Shown: in pieces, positions 1-8,726 of the stretch
Layout: every line of letters starts with the position of its first letter
Numbering within the stretch: the first letter of the stretch is position 1
Assembly (NCBI GenBank): GCA_024276825.1
Contig: JAJRWI010000003.1
Span: forward strand, 47,478 to 67,477
Origin: an archaeon
Lineage (GTDB): Archaea > Asgardarchaeota > Thorarchaeia > Thorarchaeales > Thorarchaeaceae
Reading direction: 5' to 3'
Length of the DNA: 20,000 nt
Translations under genes and position numbers: made by a program
The notes under the pieces: generated by a model
Seen by the model: the letters and a program-made list of their open reading frames with translations, nothing else
What the model was told of the DNA's origin: nothing
The model's database searches: none

Positions 1-67
1 AAATTCTGATGGCAGGCATAGGGAGAATATAGAATATTATTGTTTCTTTGATGCATATGAGAGTAGA

Positions 68-1300
68 TTAGAGCAGAGATTTCTCGAGTTCCTGTGTGAA
101 TTCATCAATGCCTTCAAGTTCATCTCTCTCAAATTTATCAAAGAACTCCTCATGAAGTTTGTCAATGACTCCTTCTATAAATCGCTTCTTCCCCTTCTTT
201 GGAAGGTTCTGTATAAATGTGTTCAATACTGTCAACCAGTCCTTATGTATATCGTAGAGCTGATCTTGTTTGAGTCCATCATAGACTTTATATCCAAACT
301 CAATCTTGTAATCGTTGTCCATCAAATGCAGATCTGCAGTTATTTCTGGCCTTTTCACTGCCCTTAGTACTATCTTTAGTGTGATAATCACTTGTTGTTT
401 GGAGTAGACTTGTTCTGCCACCTCTAAAACAAGATTGAGGAGTTCTTTGGCCAGTAATATTCTCTTTCGCTCATGAGTGACTATCTCAATTGCCCTTTTT
501 GATAGTAAAAAGTCTAATAGATCATAGGCATCCTTGGAGTGTTTTTGGAGTATCTCTTTGACAGTGGATCTTCCATCAAGGGATGAGAGGATATGTGGCA
601 TAATCTCTGTCAACTTGGGGGAGAATTGTTTCAATTGTTGATACTCGTCGGTGTGTTTCTGCAGAAACTTGTAGAAGGCATTGTTTGGAATGACAACATC
701 GTTCATTTTCAGCATATGTCTGAATCTAATCAAACCAATAGCCCAAAGACGCGACATCTCCAAGATGACATCGTCTGCCTTAAGGCCTGATTTCTCTATA
801 ATCTCCTTGATTGTCCGCTTGCCATTGATTAGCTGTATTATCTTGTCATCTGCATACTCAGCACTGGCACTATCAAAATATGGAATCCACTCGAAAGACA
901 TTCCATGGATTCCAAGAGTTTCGATTACAACTTTTCTGAAGTCATCATAGATACTCGAACTCACGGGTGCATCAATATCAACATACCAGTTTTCTTCAAA
1001 GTCATTCAACAGATTTCTGAGGCTTGTCATTAATGCATCATCAATATTGCCAGTACTCACAACCACCAGCATGACCTTGCTCCCAACAACGATTGTGAAG
1101 ACACGCTCCCCATAGTCGATATTGAACTCTGTTGAACCCCTGTTTACAAACTCAGCCGAGAATGTCTGGATGGCAAACAGAAAGCCTGAAACGAGGGCCG
1201 AGTCCACATCTACTGCCCTCGGATCCAGCTTCTGATGAAGGAGGGGGAGTCCAGTGTCATTTTGGATTATCAAGACAGACTCAAGATTGGCTCGTGGCAT
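68..1300 (-). CDS. Roadblock/longin-like N-terminal domain protein with downstream winged-helix (DUF4388-like) segments
   Basis: 410-aa ORF. N-terminus LESVLIIQNDTGLPLLHQKLDP...SALVSGFLFAIQTFSAEF...IDYGERVFTIVVGSKVMLVVVST resembles archaeal/Asgard longin-roadblock-like domains. Two segments (KIIQLINGKRTIKEIIEKSGL..VILEMSRLWAIGLI and ILSSLDGRSTVKEILQKHSKD..LLDFLLSKRAIEIV) look like small winged-helix modules. Confidence 0.6.
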   Translation of the reverse strand: MPRANLESVLIIQNDTGLPLLHQKLDPRAVDVDSALVSGFLFAIQTFSAEFVNRGSTEFNIDYGERVFTIVVGSKVMLVVVSTGNIDDALMTSLRNLLNDFEENWYVDIDAPVSSSIYDDFRKVVIETLGIHGMSFEWIPYFDSASAEYADDKIIQLINGKRTIKEIIEKSGLKADDVILEMSRLWAIGLIRFRHMLKMNDVVIPNNAFYKFLQKHTDEYQQLKQFSPKLTEIMPHILSSLDGRSTVKEILQKHSKDAYDLLDFLLSKRAIEIVTHERKRILLAKELLNLVLEVAEQVYSKQQVIITLKIVLRAVKRPEITADLHLMDNDYKIEFGYKVYDGLKQDQLYDIHKDWLTVLNTFIQNLPKKGKKRFIEGVIDKLHEEFFDKFERDELEGIDEFTQELEKSLL

Positions 1301-1449
1301 GATTAGACCTCTGGATAACTAGGTGCCTTGAAACACTCTGCTGAGGGATGCAGTCTCTCTGGTGTGATTTTCGATTCATTATGCTTTTGTTTGTTTCTCT
1401 AGTAGATGCGTTAGTGAACATCCATCAGGTTGTGCAGAAGTAGATAAAC

Positions 1450-1457
1450 TTATATGA
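1450..1457 (+). promoter_or_regulatory. TATA-like box (TTATATGA region) upstream of the PadR gene
   Basis: AT-rich aaacttatatgaa about 70-75 bp upstream of the PadR start; the predicted TSS falls near the inverted repeat at 1469-1487. Confidence 0.35.
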
Positions 1458-1525
1458 ATATTATACATTACTATGCATAATATAGTATTGTGTTTAACAT
1501 ATTAATGCCTTATGTGGTGTGAAAC

Positions 1526-1900
1526 ATGCGTGATGATAGGAAACGTGCACTTGAAGAGTTTGAGCGTTGGTCAAGGGAGATCAAAAAGGGTGCTGCTGCA
1601 TTGGCAATACTTGCCACCTTAGAGAGAGGAAGCAATTATGGCTATGAAATAGTCAAGAGTCTGGAACAATCTGGTGCGAAATTTTTAGCATTTGAAGAAG
1701 GCACAGTATATCCTCTCCTAAGAAGGCTTGAGAAGAAGAGGGGGCTTTTGAAGTCCGAATGGAATTATGATGATCCAACAAAGCCTAGAAAGTATTACAC
1801 AATAACTCCAGCAGGTCTTGAGGCATTGAGTCTGATGCGCAGGAAATGGTTTGAGATGTTTGAAGAGATGAATAGAATTCTTGTAGGTGATAAAAGATGA
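1526..1900 (+). CDS. PadR-family transcriptional regulator
   Basis: ALAILATLERGSNYGYEIVKSLEQ...EEGTVYPLLRRLEKKRGLLKSEW...PRKYYTITPAGLEAL is the characteristic PadR winged-helix motif set. Confidence 0.9.
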   Translation: MRDDRKRALEEFERWSREIKKGAAALAILATLERGSNYGYEIVKSLEQSGAKFLAFEEGTVYPLLRRLEKKRGLLKSEWNYDDPTKPRKYYTITPAGLEALSLMRRKWFEMFEEMNRILVGDKR

Positions 1901-2970
1901 ATGGAAACCCCGATAGTCTGATTGAAGAGTATTTGGAGCGCGTGAGAGTATATCTGCCAATGAACTGTGAGGAAATTCTTGCAGAGATCCGCACTCATAT
2001 AATTGAGGCAGCCGAGGAGTTGGGCTCTGGCAGAGTTACACCTGGATCTGTTATTCTCGCAATTGAAAGGCTTGGTGACCCAAAGATCGTTGCCAGCGAG
2101 TACGCAGGCACAGGAGAGAGAGTTGGACCGATTCCTGTTGAGTACAAACTCCCACTAGTACGCACTATCACTGTTGTTGTTGCTATCTCTATTGCATTCA
2201 TTCTGGGGGGGGCAGTTGTCTATGATACTGCCTTGAGCATGGGAGTCGATATTCTTGCTGTGTTTCAGATGTTCGTTATTTCAACAGTGGCCTCGTTTCT
2301 TGTGATAATATTAATCATCGTCCTAGCATTCTCAACCCATAAGCCAATGATTACAAAAAAGACCTTTGTTGAGCATGCTTTCAGTTTTGGAGTCAAAGGA
2401 TTCAAGCCAAAGGCAAGACATGACGCAGTTCTTGAGATGGCAGGTGGATCAATATTTGCAATGGTGTTTTTACTACCGCAGGTTCAAGCACTTTTTTCGC
2501 CAATCTTTCGACAGCTCATCCCTATAGCCATAGTATTGAGTGTAGCACTAGCAATCAAGGGAGGTTTCTTTGTAATTGCAGGAGAGAACACTCTAAACCT
2601 TATCACTGAGGGCATTGTTGAAGTCGCAAGTGTTGCCTTTGCCATCACAATCCTCAATATTGGCTGGCCTTTGGACTACTGGCCAGTCGTGAGTGATGGG
2701 ACTTGGACCTTGATTAATATCGAGGAGTTTCTTTTCAGCCATGGTATCGAATTCAGCCTGTTTAATGGACTATGGGTCATGATCATTTTTGTGGTGATAG
2801 TCACGGACACATGGCGAGTAATTGTCGCCTCATTGAAGGCCACCGCATATATCCGTAATGGCAAGGGACTCTGGTGGAAGAGAGAACATCATATGCGTCG
2901 CTACCAACGACTGAAACCACATTGGTGGGAGCGAAAATCAAAGACTGCCTCTTCAAAGCCCCCTGATTAG
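1897..2970 (+). CDS. Multi-pass membrane protein with N-terminal HAAS/DUF1700-like domain
   Basis: Start overlaps the PadR stop by 4 nt. N-terminus SLIEEYLERVRVYLPMNCEEILAEIRTHIIEAAEELGSGRVTPGSVILAIERLGDPKIVASEYAG is HAAS-like, followed by several hydrophobic TM segments. Confidence 0.75.
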   Translation: MNGNPDSLIEEYLERVRVYLPMNCEEILAEIRTHIIEAAEELGSGRVTPGSVILAIERLGDPKIVASEYAGTGERVGPIPVEYKLPLVRTITVVVAISIAFILGGAVVYDTALSMGVDILAVFQMFVISTVASFLVIILIIVLAFSTHKPMITKKTFVEHAFSFGVKGFKPKARHDAVLEMAGGSIFAMVFLLPQVQALFSPIFRQLIPIAIVLSVALAIKGGFFVIAGENTLNLITEGIVEVASVAFAITILNIGWPLDYWPVVSDGTWTLINIEEFLFSHGIEFSLFNGLWVMIIFVVIVTDTWRVIVASLKATAYIRNGKGLWWKREHHMRRYQRLKPHWWERKSKTASSKPPD

Positions 2971-2992
2971 TAAGGACTGAAGAACATGACAA

Positions 2993-3026
2993 GGCGGCCT
3001 GAACCGTAAAGTTCGTTCAGGTCGTC
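2993..3026 (+). promoter_or_regulatory. Strong hairpin in the intergenic region / eS30 leader
   Basis: GGCGGCCTGAAC (2993-3004) pairs with GTTCAGGTCGTC (3015-3026), 12 contiguous pairs including 2 G.U, 10-nt loop, followed closely by TTTTT. Confidence 0.5.
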
Positions 3027-3081
3027 AGGTTTTTATGGATACTGTTCGAGATCGAAGTAGCATTAAACGAGGAATGAAAAT

Positions 3082-3246
3082 ATGCCCGGATCACACGGTT
3101 CACTGACAAAGGCAGGTAAGGTCCGTGAGTCAACCCCAAAAGTTCAGGGTAGGGAGCGACACACACCAATTCCAAGAGTTCGAAACAAGAGAAATTACGT
3201 GAAGCGATTCGTAAAGGGCAAGATTGCAGGTCAGGCAGGCCGCTGA
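3082..3246 (+). CDS. rps30e: Small ribosomal subunit protein eS30 (54 aa)
   Basis: Manual translation: [54 protein letters not shown]. Contains the eS30 signature HGSLxxAGKVRxxTPKV. Below the size cutoff of the supplied ORF track. Confidence 0.92.
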   Translation: MPGSHGSLTKAGKVRESTPKVQGRERHTPIPRVRNKRNYVKRFVKGKIAGQAGR

Positions 3247-3256
3247 TTGTATTGCT

Positions 3257-4075
3257 CTAAAAGAGTTTCTTTATCCCCATCGAGTTTCGGCGATAAGCAC
3301 CAAACTCATCCAATCTACTGAGCTTTTCTCCTGAGAAAACTGGACCAGTCACGCAGACAAGGTCACCAGTTGGGTCCATTGCGCAGCTTCCGCAAATACC
3401 GCACCCACACTTCATGAACCTCTCAAGAGAGACTTCAATTCTTGTGTCATGATCTACTGCAAGCGTATATACATGCTTCATCATGAGCTCTGGACCACAA
3501 GTATATATCATATCGAACTTGTTCTGTTTCAATACTCCCTCAGCAATCTCCGTGGCAAGGGCCTTGTGCCCCAATGATCCATCATCAGTTGCCACAATCA
3601 CATCAATGCCTTTGATCTTTGATAGTTCTTTGTTAAATAGTAGGCTGTTCTTGGTCTTAGCAGCAACAATCACAGTTACATCAGCATTGTTCTTGATCAG
3701 CTCGTGAATGAGAGGTTTCAGAGATGCCATGCCGCTTCCGCCCCCAATAACCAGCACCCTACCAGAAACTACCAAGAACCCCCTTCCAAATGGCCCACGG
3801 ATACCAATCCAGTCACCCTTTTTGAGTGCGGCAAGTGCATTTGTCGCAGGTCCAACAGGAACTACTGTGAACCCAAGATGTTCATCAGTGATCACCGATA
3901 CACTCATGGGAATCTCATCAACACCAGGGACCCATATCATGAGAAACTGGCCAGGTCTAGGGCCATTGTTTCCATATATGTTTTCGAACAGCAGGGTTCT
4001 CGCATTATCATTCTCTTGAATATTCCGCGAGATTCTCACAGATACGGGGTGCCCCAAAAGACTTTCAATGTCCAT
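3257..4075 (-). CDS. pyrK: Dihydroorotate dehydrogenase electron transfer subunit (PyrK-like)
   Basis: FAD/NAD-binding reductase features (RPGQFLMIWVPGVDEIPMSV, GPFGRGF, VIGGGSGMASLKPL) and a C-terminal 2Fe-2S cysteine cluster CGCGICGSCAMDPTGDLVCVTGPVF. Start MDIESLLGHP at 4075 preferred over the upstream 4153 start in the track. Confidence 0.85.
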   Translation of the reverse strand: MDIESLLGHPVSVRISRNIQENDNARTLLFENIYGNNGPRPGQFLMIWVPGVDEIPMSVSVITDEHLGFTVVPVGPATNALAALKKGDWIGIRGPFGRGFLVVSGRVLVIGGGSGMASLKPLIHELIKNNADVTVIVAAKTKNSLLFNKELSKIKGIDVIVATDDGSLGHKALATEIAEGVLKQNKFDMIYTCGPELMMKHVYTLAVDHDTRIEVSLERFMKCGCGICGSCAMDPTGDLVCVTGPVFSGEKLSRLDEFGAYRRNSMGIKKLF

Positions 4076-4946
4076 TTCGACTCCTCCATGCTGCACCAAT
4101 GATGTCTTGGACACTCTTGAAACCCTGTTCATCCAAGTATCTTGCAACCCCATTCTTTATCTTGGTGAACACGTCGGTCCCCTGCAACAGTGCTGTGCCA
4201 ATCTGTATCGCGCTTGCTCCTGCCAGATGCATCTCTACTGCATCCATCCATGAGGTCACCCCCCCAACCCCAATTATCGGTATTGAGAGAGCACCAGAGA
4301 GGTCATAGACACAACGGACCGCAATGGGAAACACGGGTGGCCCTGAAAGGCCCCCCACCAGATTGCCAAGAACTGGTCTTTTCTGATATATGTCAATCTT
4401 CATCGCTCTGAGTGTATTTATTGCAACTACTGCATCAGCACCCGCCTCCTCTGCTGCAATACCCACTGAAACATAATCAGATGCATTTGGGGTAATCTTT
4501 GCAAACAGGGGGCAGTCAACAATATCCTTTACCGTACTTACAAACTCAAATGTCATGTTGGGATCATGTGCGATCTGACCTATCTGGGCATGTGGGCAGG
4601 ACAGATTCAACTCGATGGCGTCTGGATTAAGATGAACTGCCCTTTCTGCCACTGCCGAAGCCTCTTCTATTGTGTTTCCAAAGATGCTGAGAACAATTGG
4701 GACATTGAACTCATGTAGGTTGCCCATTTCCTCGGCAAAGTTGTCGATTCCGGGATTTGTCAGACCCACTGCATTCAAGAGACCACCATGCGAATGTGTG
4801 ATGATCGGACCATGATGCCCCTTTCTTGGAGATAGGCCTACAGATTTTGTCACTATAGCATCTGCGCCTGATGCTGCCACTTTTCGGATAATGGACCTTG
4901 TCACACCCAGAATTCCTGATGCCAGCCAATATCCCTGAATCTTCAA
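4065..4946 (-). CDS. pyrD: Dihydroorotate dehydrogenase catalytic subunit, class 1B-like
   Basis: LASGILGVTRSIIRKV, VTKSVGLSPRKGHHGP, IELNLSCPHAQ, LFAKITPNASD, NTLRAMKID, IPIIGVGGVTSWMDAVEMHLAGASAIQIGTALL. Apparent TTG start at 4946 preceded by GGTGA. Overlaps the pyrK start. Confidence 0.9.
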   Translation of the reverse strand: MKIQGYWLASGILGVTRSIIRKVAASGADAIVTKSVGLSPRKGHHGPIITHSHGGLLNAVGLTNPGIDNFAEEMGNLHEFNVPIVLSIFGNTIEEASAVAERAVHLNPDAIELNLSCPHAQIGQIAHDPNMTFEFVSTVKDIVDCPLFAKITPNASDYVSVGIAAEEAGADAVVAINTLRAMKIDIYQKRPVLGNLVGGLSGPPVFPIAVRCVYDLSGALSIPIIGVGGVTSWMDAVEMHLAGASAIQIGTALLQGTDVFTKIKNGVARYLDEQGFKSVQDIIGAAWRSRNGH

Positions 4947-5098
4947 TGTTTCACCTAGAACTCCTCAATCACTGGTTGGTAATAAGGTCAATGGCATTAC
5001 ATTTATGGTGTATGAGGGAGCATTTCTGATTGCTATTATATCTGATTCGCATAACTTTTTACCTCTGCAATACCTCTGGAGATTGGAGGCAATACTCT

Positions 5099-6322
5099 GT
5101 GCCATTGTACATAACACATTGTGCATTTGGAATATTCATACTAGATGAGAATGACCAAGTCATTCTAAAGCATTTGACATATCCAGATGTGGAAACAACT
5201 GTTGAATACCTAGATGCAGTAAGCCAGAATGTTCCCATACCTGAGCTGAAGGAGATCATCGGTCAGACAGGCTCGGAGGAGATTGTTGCTGATAACAGGT
5301 CATTGGCCCGCCTGATCTCACAACTCAGTTCAATTCCTGTTCGTTATGATTCACGTCCCACTCAGACCAAGATGTTCAGGTCAACAATCGAAACCTATCT
5401 GATCAAGGACAAGATTATTGAGAGGCCTGAGGAGGCCCAGCACTTTCTAAGAGAGGTTGCAATCAGTCTGGCCAAGAGAACAATAATCTCTGCAAGCGAG
5501 GAACGCGACATTCTAGTTAAACAGGCCATTGATGCTATTGATGAGATTGACAAAACACTAAATGCTCTCTCCATGAAGCTCAAGGAGTGGTATTCACTTC
5601 ATCATCCTTCACTCAGCAAGATTGTCGATGATAATGAAACCTATGCCAAGATTGTGAGTCTTGGGGGAAAGCAGAGGATTTCAGAGGAGGCGTTAAGAAG
5701 TGCAGGGCTGTCGCCCATATTGGCTCAGAAGATTCTCACTGATATGGAAAATGATGCTGGCGCAGAGTTCACCCCTTCGGACTTGGGCACAATGAAGGGA
5801 CTCGCCAAAAGGATTGTCGGACTGTATGAGTTTCGTCATGACCTTGAGGATTATGTCACTAGTCTCATGCAGGTGGTCGCACCAAACATCTCATCACTGG
5901 TCAGACCTATGGTCGGTGCACGGCTCATAAGCATGGCTGGATCTTTAAGAGAACTTGCTCGAAAGCCATCATCCACAATTCAGGTGTTTGGGGCAGAGCG
6001 TGCCCTGTTTCGAAGCTTGAAGACAGGTGCAGACCCACCAAAGCACGGGGTGATTTACCAGTCCCCCGAGGTCCATACTGCTCCATATTGGCAGCGTGGC
6101 AAGATTGCCAGAGCCCTTGCAAGTGCTCTATCCATTGCTTCAAGGATTGATGCTTATTCGGACCGTGATCTAGGTGACTATCTGAGAGAGAAGCTTGAAA
6201 GGAGGATTTTGGAGATCAAACAGCAAAATCCTGATGCACCACCACCAAAACAAAAAAGCAAGCCTAGAAGACCTCAGCGTAAAGGGGCCAAGCGCAAGCG
6301 GCGCGGCGGGAGGAGGAGATAG
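5099..6322 (+). CDS. nop5: Nop5/Nop56/Nop58-family C/D box snoRNP protein
   Basis: NOP domain motifs (ASEERDILVKQAIDAIDEIDKTLNALSMKLKEWYSLHHPSL, APNISSLVRPMVGARLISMAGSLRELARKPSSTIQVFGAERALFRSLKTGADPPKHGVIYQ) and a K/R-rich tail. In-frame GTG at 5099 follows GGAGG, so it is preferred over the 5030 start. Confidence 0.92.
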   Translation: MPLYITHCAFGIFILDENDQVILKHLTYPDVETTVEYLDAVSQNVPIPELKEIIGQTGSEEIVADNRSLARLISQLSSIPVRYDSRPTQTKMFRSTIETYLIKDKIIERPEEAQHFLREVAISLAKRTIISASEERDILVKQAIDAIDEIDKTLNALSMKLKEWYSLHHPSLSKIVDDNETYAKIVSLGGKQRISEEALRSAGLSPILAQKILTDMENDAGAEFTPSDLGTMKGLAKRIVGLYEFRHDLEDYVTSLMQVVAPNISSLVRPMVGARLISMAGSLRELARKPSSTIQVFGAERALFRSLKTGADPPKHGVIYQSPEVHTAPYWQRGKIARALASALSIASRIDAYSDRDLGDYLREKLERRILEIKQQNPDAPPPKQKSKPRRPQRKGAKRKRRGGRRR

Positions 6323-7020
6323 TGACTCAGGTACAGCCACACAGGTTCACAGGAGTTTTTCTGATCACTGATGATGCTCGTACATCATTAGCAACAAAGA
6401 CCCTGATTCCAGGGCAGTCCGTTTATGGAGAAAAATTGATTCGTCAAGGAGATGGGGAGTATCGGTTATGGTCACCAAGACGATCCAAACTTGCTGCTGC
6501 TATTCAGAAGAATATGTCCTCGATGCCCATACAACAAGGGTCAAGGGTGTTATATCTTGGTGCTTCATCGGGCACAACCGTCAGTCATGTATCAGACATT
6601 ATTGGTGAAAAGGGGGTTGTGTACGCGGTCGAGTTCTCACCCCGAGTGGGTCGTGAGTTGGTCGGACTTGCAGAAACACGAACGAACATCATCCCCATTA
6701 TTGCTGATGCTCGACATCCGGAGAGGTATTCATCACTTGTTCTAGGTCCCATTGATGTGGTGTATCAGGACGTGGCTCAGCCGGACCAAGCAAGAATATT
6801 TGTTGAGAACATTAGGCACTTCAGCTCCTTCGGTTGCTGGGGCCTGTTTGCAATCAAGGCCCGAAGCATAGATTCAACAACTTCAGTGGAGGACATCTAT
6901 AAGAGTGAAATGGCATTCTTAAATGAGCATGGTGTGCAAGTGGTTGAAGTAACAGATCTTGACCCATTAGAGAAGGATCATGTGATGGTCCTTTGTAGAG
7001 TATCGGAGGGCTTTAAGTGA
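6322..7020 (+). CDS. flpA: Fibrillarin-like rRNA/tRNA 2'-O-methyltransferase
   Basis: VLYLGASSGTTVSHVSDIIGEKGVVYAVEFSPRVGRELV...NIIPIIADARHPERY...IDVVYQDVAQPDQARIFVENIRHF. GTG start overlaps the nop5 stop by 1 nt. Confidence 0.95.
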   Translation: MTQVQPHRFTGVFLITDDARTSLATKTLIPGQSVYGEKLIRQGDGEYRLWSPRRSKLAAAIQKNMSSMPIQQGSRVLYLGASSGTTVSHVSDIIGEKGVVYAVEFSPRVGRELVGLAETRTNIIPIIADARHPERYSSLVLGPIDVVYQDVAQPDQARIFVENIRHFSSFGCWGLFAIKARSIDSTTSVEDIYKSEMAFLNEHGVQVVEVTDLDPLEKDHVMVLCRVSEGFK

Positions 7021-7493
7021 GTTCATTTATTGAACGCATGATCGAGAGAGATATTGAGTCCATTAATGACCATCTTCCAACAGAGCGGGTGCCCCTTAGT
7101 GAACTGTTTGAGTCAAAAGATAAAGCATACAGGACAAAGAAGGGAGAGCCTTCAGTCATTCGTGACAGTGAGATTAAGATGATAATGGAACACACACCAC
7201 TGGAATACCATGGTCATGTTCGGCTCCCAATTGTACTACTTCGTCGGATCGACTTGGGCCCTGGTATCTACTCAATATCTGGGACCAAGGTTGAACTCTT
7301 CCTGATACATCATCTCATAGACAAAGAGATAGGGGGAAATGGACTTGATTGGGGCAGAATCTCAGAATGGACTCCTCAAGAACGTATTGTGCGCCCGCAG
7401 GTGCAAGTCATTCGAAGAATATTGCCCTCCGCCACCTGCATAGGCTTTGCCACACTAACAAAGACTCGTAAGAAGCATGATAGTTCTGACTGA
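7017..7493 (+). CDS. DUF61/UPF0216-like archaeal protein
   Basis: ERMIERDIESINDHLPTERVPLSELFESKD...VRLPIVLLRRIDLGPGIYSISGTKVELFLIHHLI. Overlaps the flpA stop. Confidence 0.72.
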   Translation: MSSFIERMIERDIESINDHLPTERVPLSELFESKDKAYRTKKGEPSVIRDSEIKMIMEHTPLEYHGHVRLPIVLLRRIDLGPGIYSISGTKVELFLIHHLIDKEIGGNGLDWGRISEWTPQERIVRPQVQVIRRILPSATCIGFATLTKTRKKHDSSD

Positions 7494-7559
7494 TAGTGTT
7501 ATATTCCACAAAGCAAATCTCAAAAGCATATTTGTGGAAGAACACAGTGGTAATAAAGG

Positions 7560-8522
7560 ATGACGAAAGCAAGAACCAAGCTGCTAGATGAGGTCATATC
7601 CAATCTAGAGGATGCTGGGTTTGAGCTGTCATCGAAATGTGATGTGCGCCCCACATGCTTTGACCTTGTTGCTAGAAAGGATGACAAACTAATATTGATC
7701 AAGGTGCTTGATAATGTTGGAGCCCTAACAAGGGAGGACGCCATTACGCTCCAGCTTGTGGCACACTTTTTCAATGCCACCCCATTAATCATTGGTCGTA
7801 AGACAAGTAGAGGACCCTTGATGGAGGGTGTTGTTTACAAGAGATACGGGGTTTCGGCAATTGCACCGTCAAGTTTTGTGAGAATGATACATGAGGAACA
7901 GATGCCTCGCGTATTCAGTCAAAGGGGTGGACGGCTTGTGGTGATTAATGGTGAGCGCCTGAGAGAAGCACGTCTGTCTAAGAGCATGACACAGGAGGAG
8001 CTTGCAGGCTATGTGAGGGTTTCAGCGCGTGTGATTCTCGCCTATGAGCATAGTGAGATGGACGCCAGCATTGATGTGGCACAGGAGCTCGAACGGGTCT
8101 TAGAAACAGACCTGATAATTCCAATCGATCTGATGAGCAGAACTGTCACTCAAGAGCCAGTTGCAACCCCGCAGGTTTCGGACAATATCTCACATCTCGA
8201 ACAAAGAGTTAACGAGTTTTTCGAGAAACTTGGCATGAGGGTCTTATGGACTGATAGGGCACCATTCCATGTGGCTGCGAAGGAGAAGAGTCGTCCACTG
8301 ATATCGGGAGTCGGATCATTAAAGAGTTGGACTCTGAAAAAGCGCATTGATATACTCCGTAGTGTGTCAGATGTCACCAAATCCGATGCAGTGCTAATTG
8401 TGGAGGAGGGAATGGCTCAAGAGTCTGTTGCAGACCTCCCTGTGATACGACAGGTCGAGCTTGAAGAGATTGACAAGTCACAGGAACTACGAAAGATAAT
8501 CGCTGAGCGTTCTGGGCAGTGA
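7560..8522 (+). CDS. Archaeal HTH-type transcriptional regulator, COG1395-like (N-terminal nuclease-like fold plus XRE HTH)
   Basis: FDLVARKDDKLILIKVLDNVGALTREDA..L....HFFNATPLIIGRKT...LEGVVYKRYGV-type N-terminal part; XRE-type HTH GERLREARLSKSMTQEELAGYVRVSARVILAYE. Confidence 0.85.
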   Translation: MTKARTKLLDEVISNLEDAGFELSSKCDVRPTCFDLVARKDDKLILIKVLDNVGALTREDAITLQLVAHFFNATPLIIGRKTSRGPLMEGVVYKRYGVSAIAPSSFVRMIHEEQMPRVFSQRGGRLVVINGERLREARLSKSMTQEELAGYVRVSARVILAYEHSEMDASIDVAQELERVLETDLIIPIDLMSRTVTQEPVATPQVSDNISHLEQRVNEFFEKLGMRVLWTDRAPFHVAAKEKSRPLISGVGSLKSWTLKKRIDILRSVSDVTKSDAVLIVEEGMAQESVADLPVIRQVELEEIDKSQELRKIIAERSGQ

Positions 8523-8524
8523 AC

Positions 8525-8712
8525 TTCAGAGATGGAAAAGTTGTGCAAAGTTGTCATACTGGTCAGAATTGGAGTCGCGATCAAAAGAATGGGTGTGTTC
8601 ACATTCACTCTCAAGACACCCGGCGGGTGGTGACACTTTTGGGGGAAGATCTGAACGCATGATCCTTGTATAGATAAGCTCATCTTCCAATGACAGGTTT
8701 GAATGAGTTCAG
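8525..8712. repeat. Copy A of a diverged dispersed intergenic element
   Basis: 83-nt ungapped block 8531-8613 matches 13341-13423 with about 18 mismatches. The 3' portion (..catgatccttgt..ctcatcttccaatgacaggtttgaatgagttcag) also aligns after an indel. Confidence 0.8.
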
Positions 8713-8726
8713 GTTGTTAGTGACAT

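Noticed and set aside
3704-4102. 132-aa plus-strand ORF antisense to pyrK.
   Set aside because: Lies entirely opposite the well-supported pyrK gene. No recognisable domain and no upstream ribosome-binding site noted; likely a shadow ORF.
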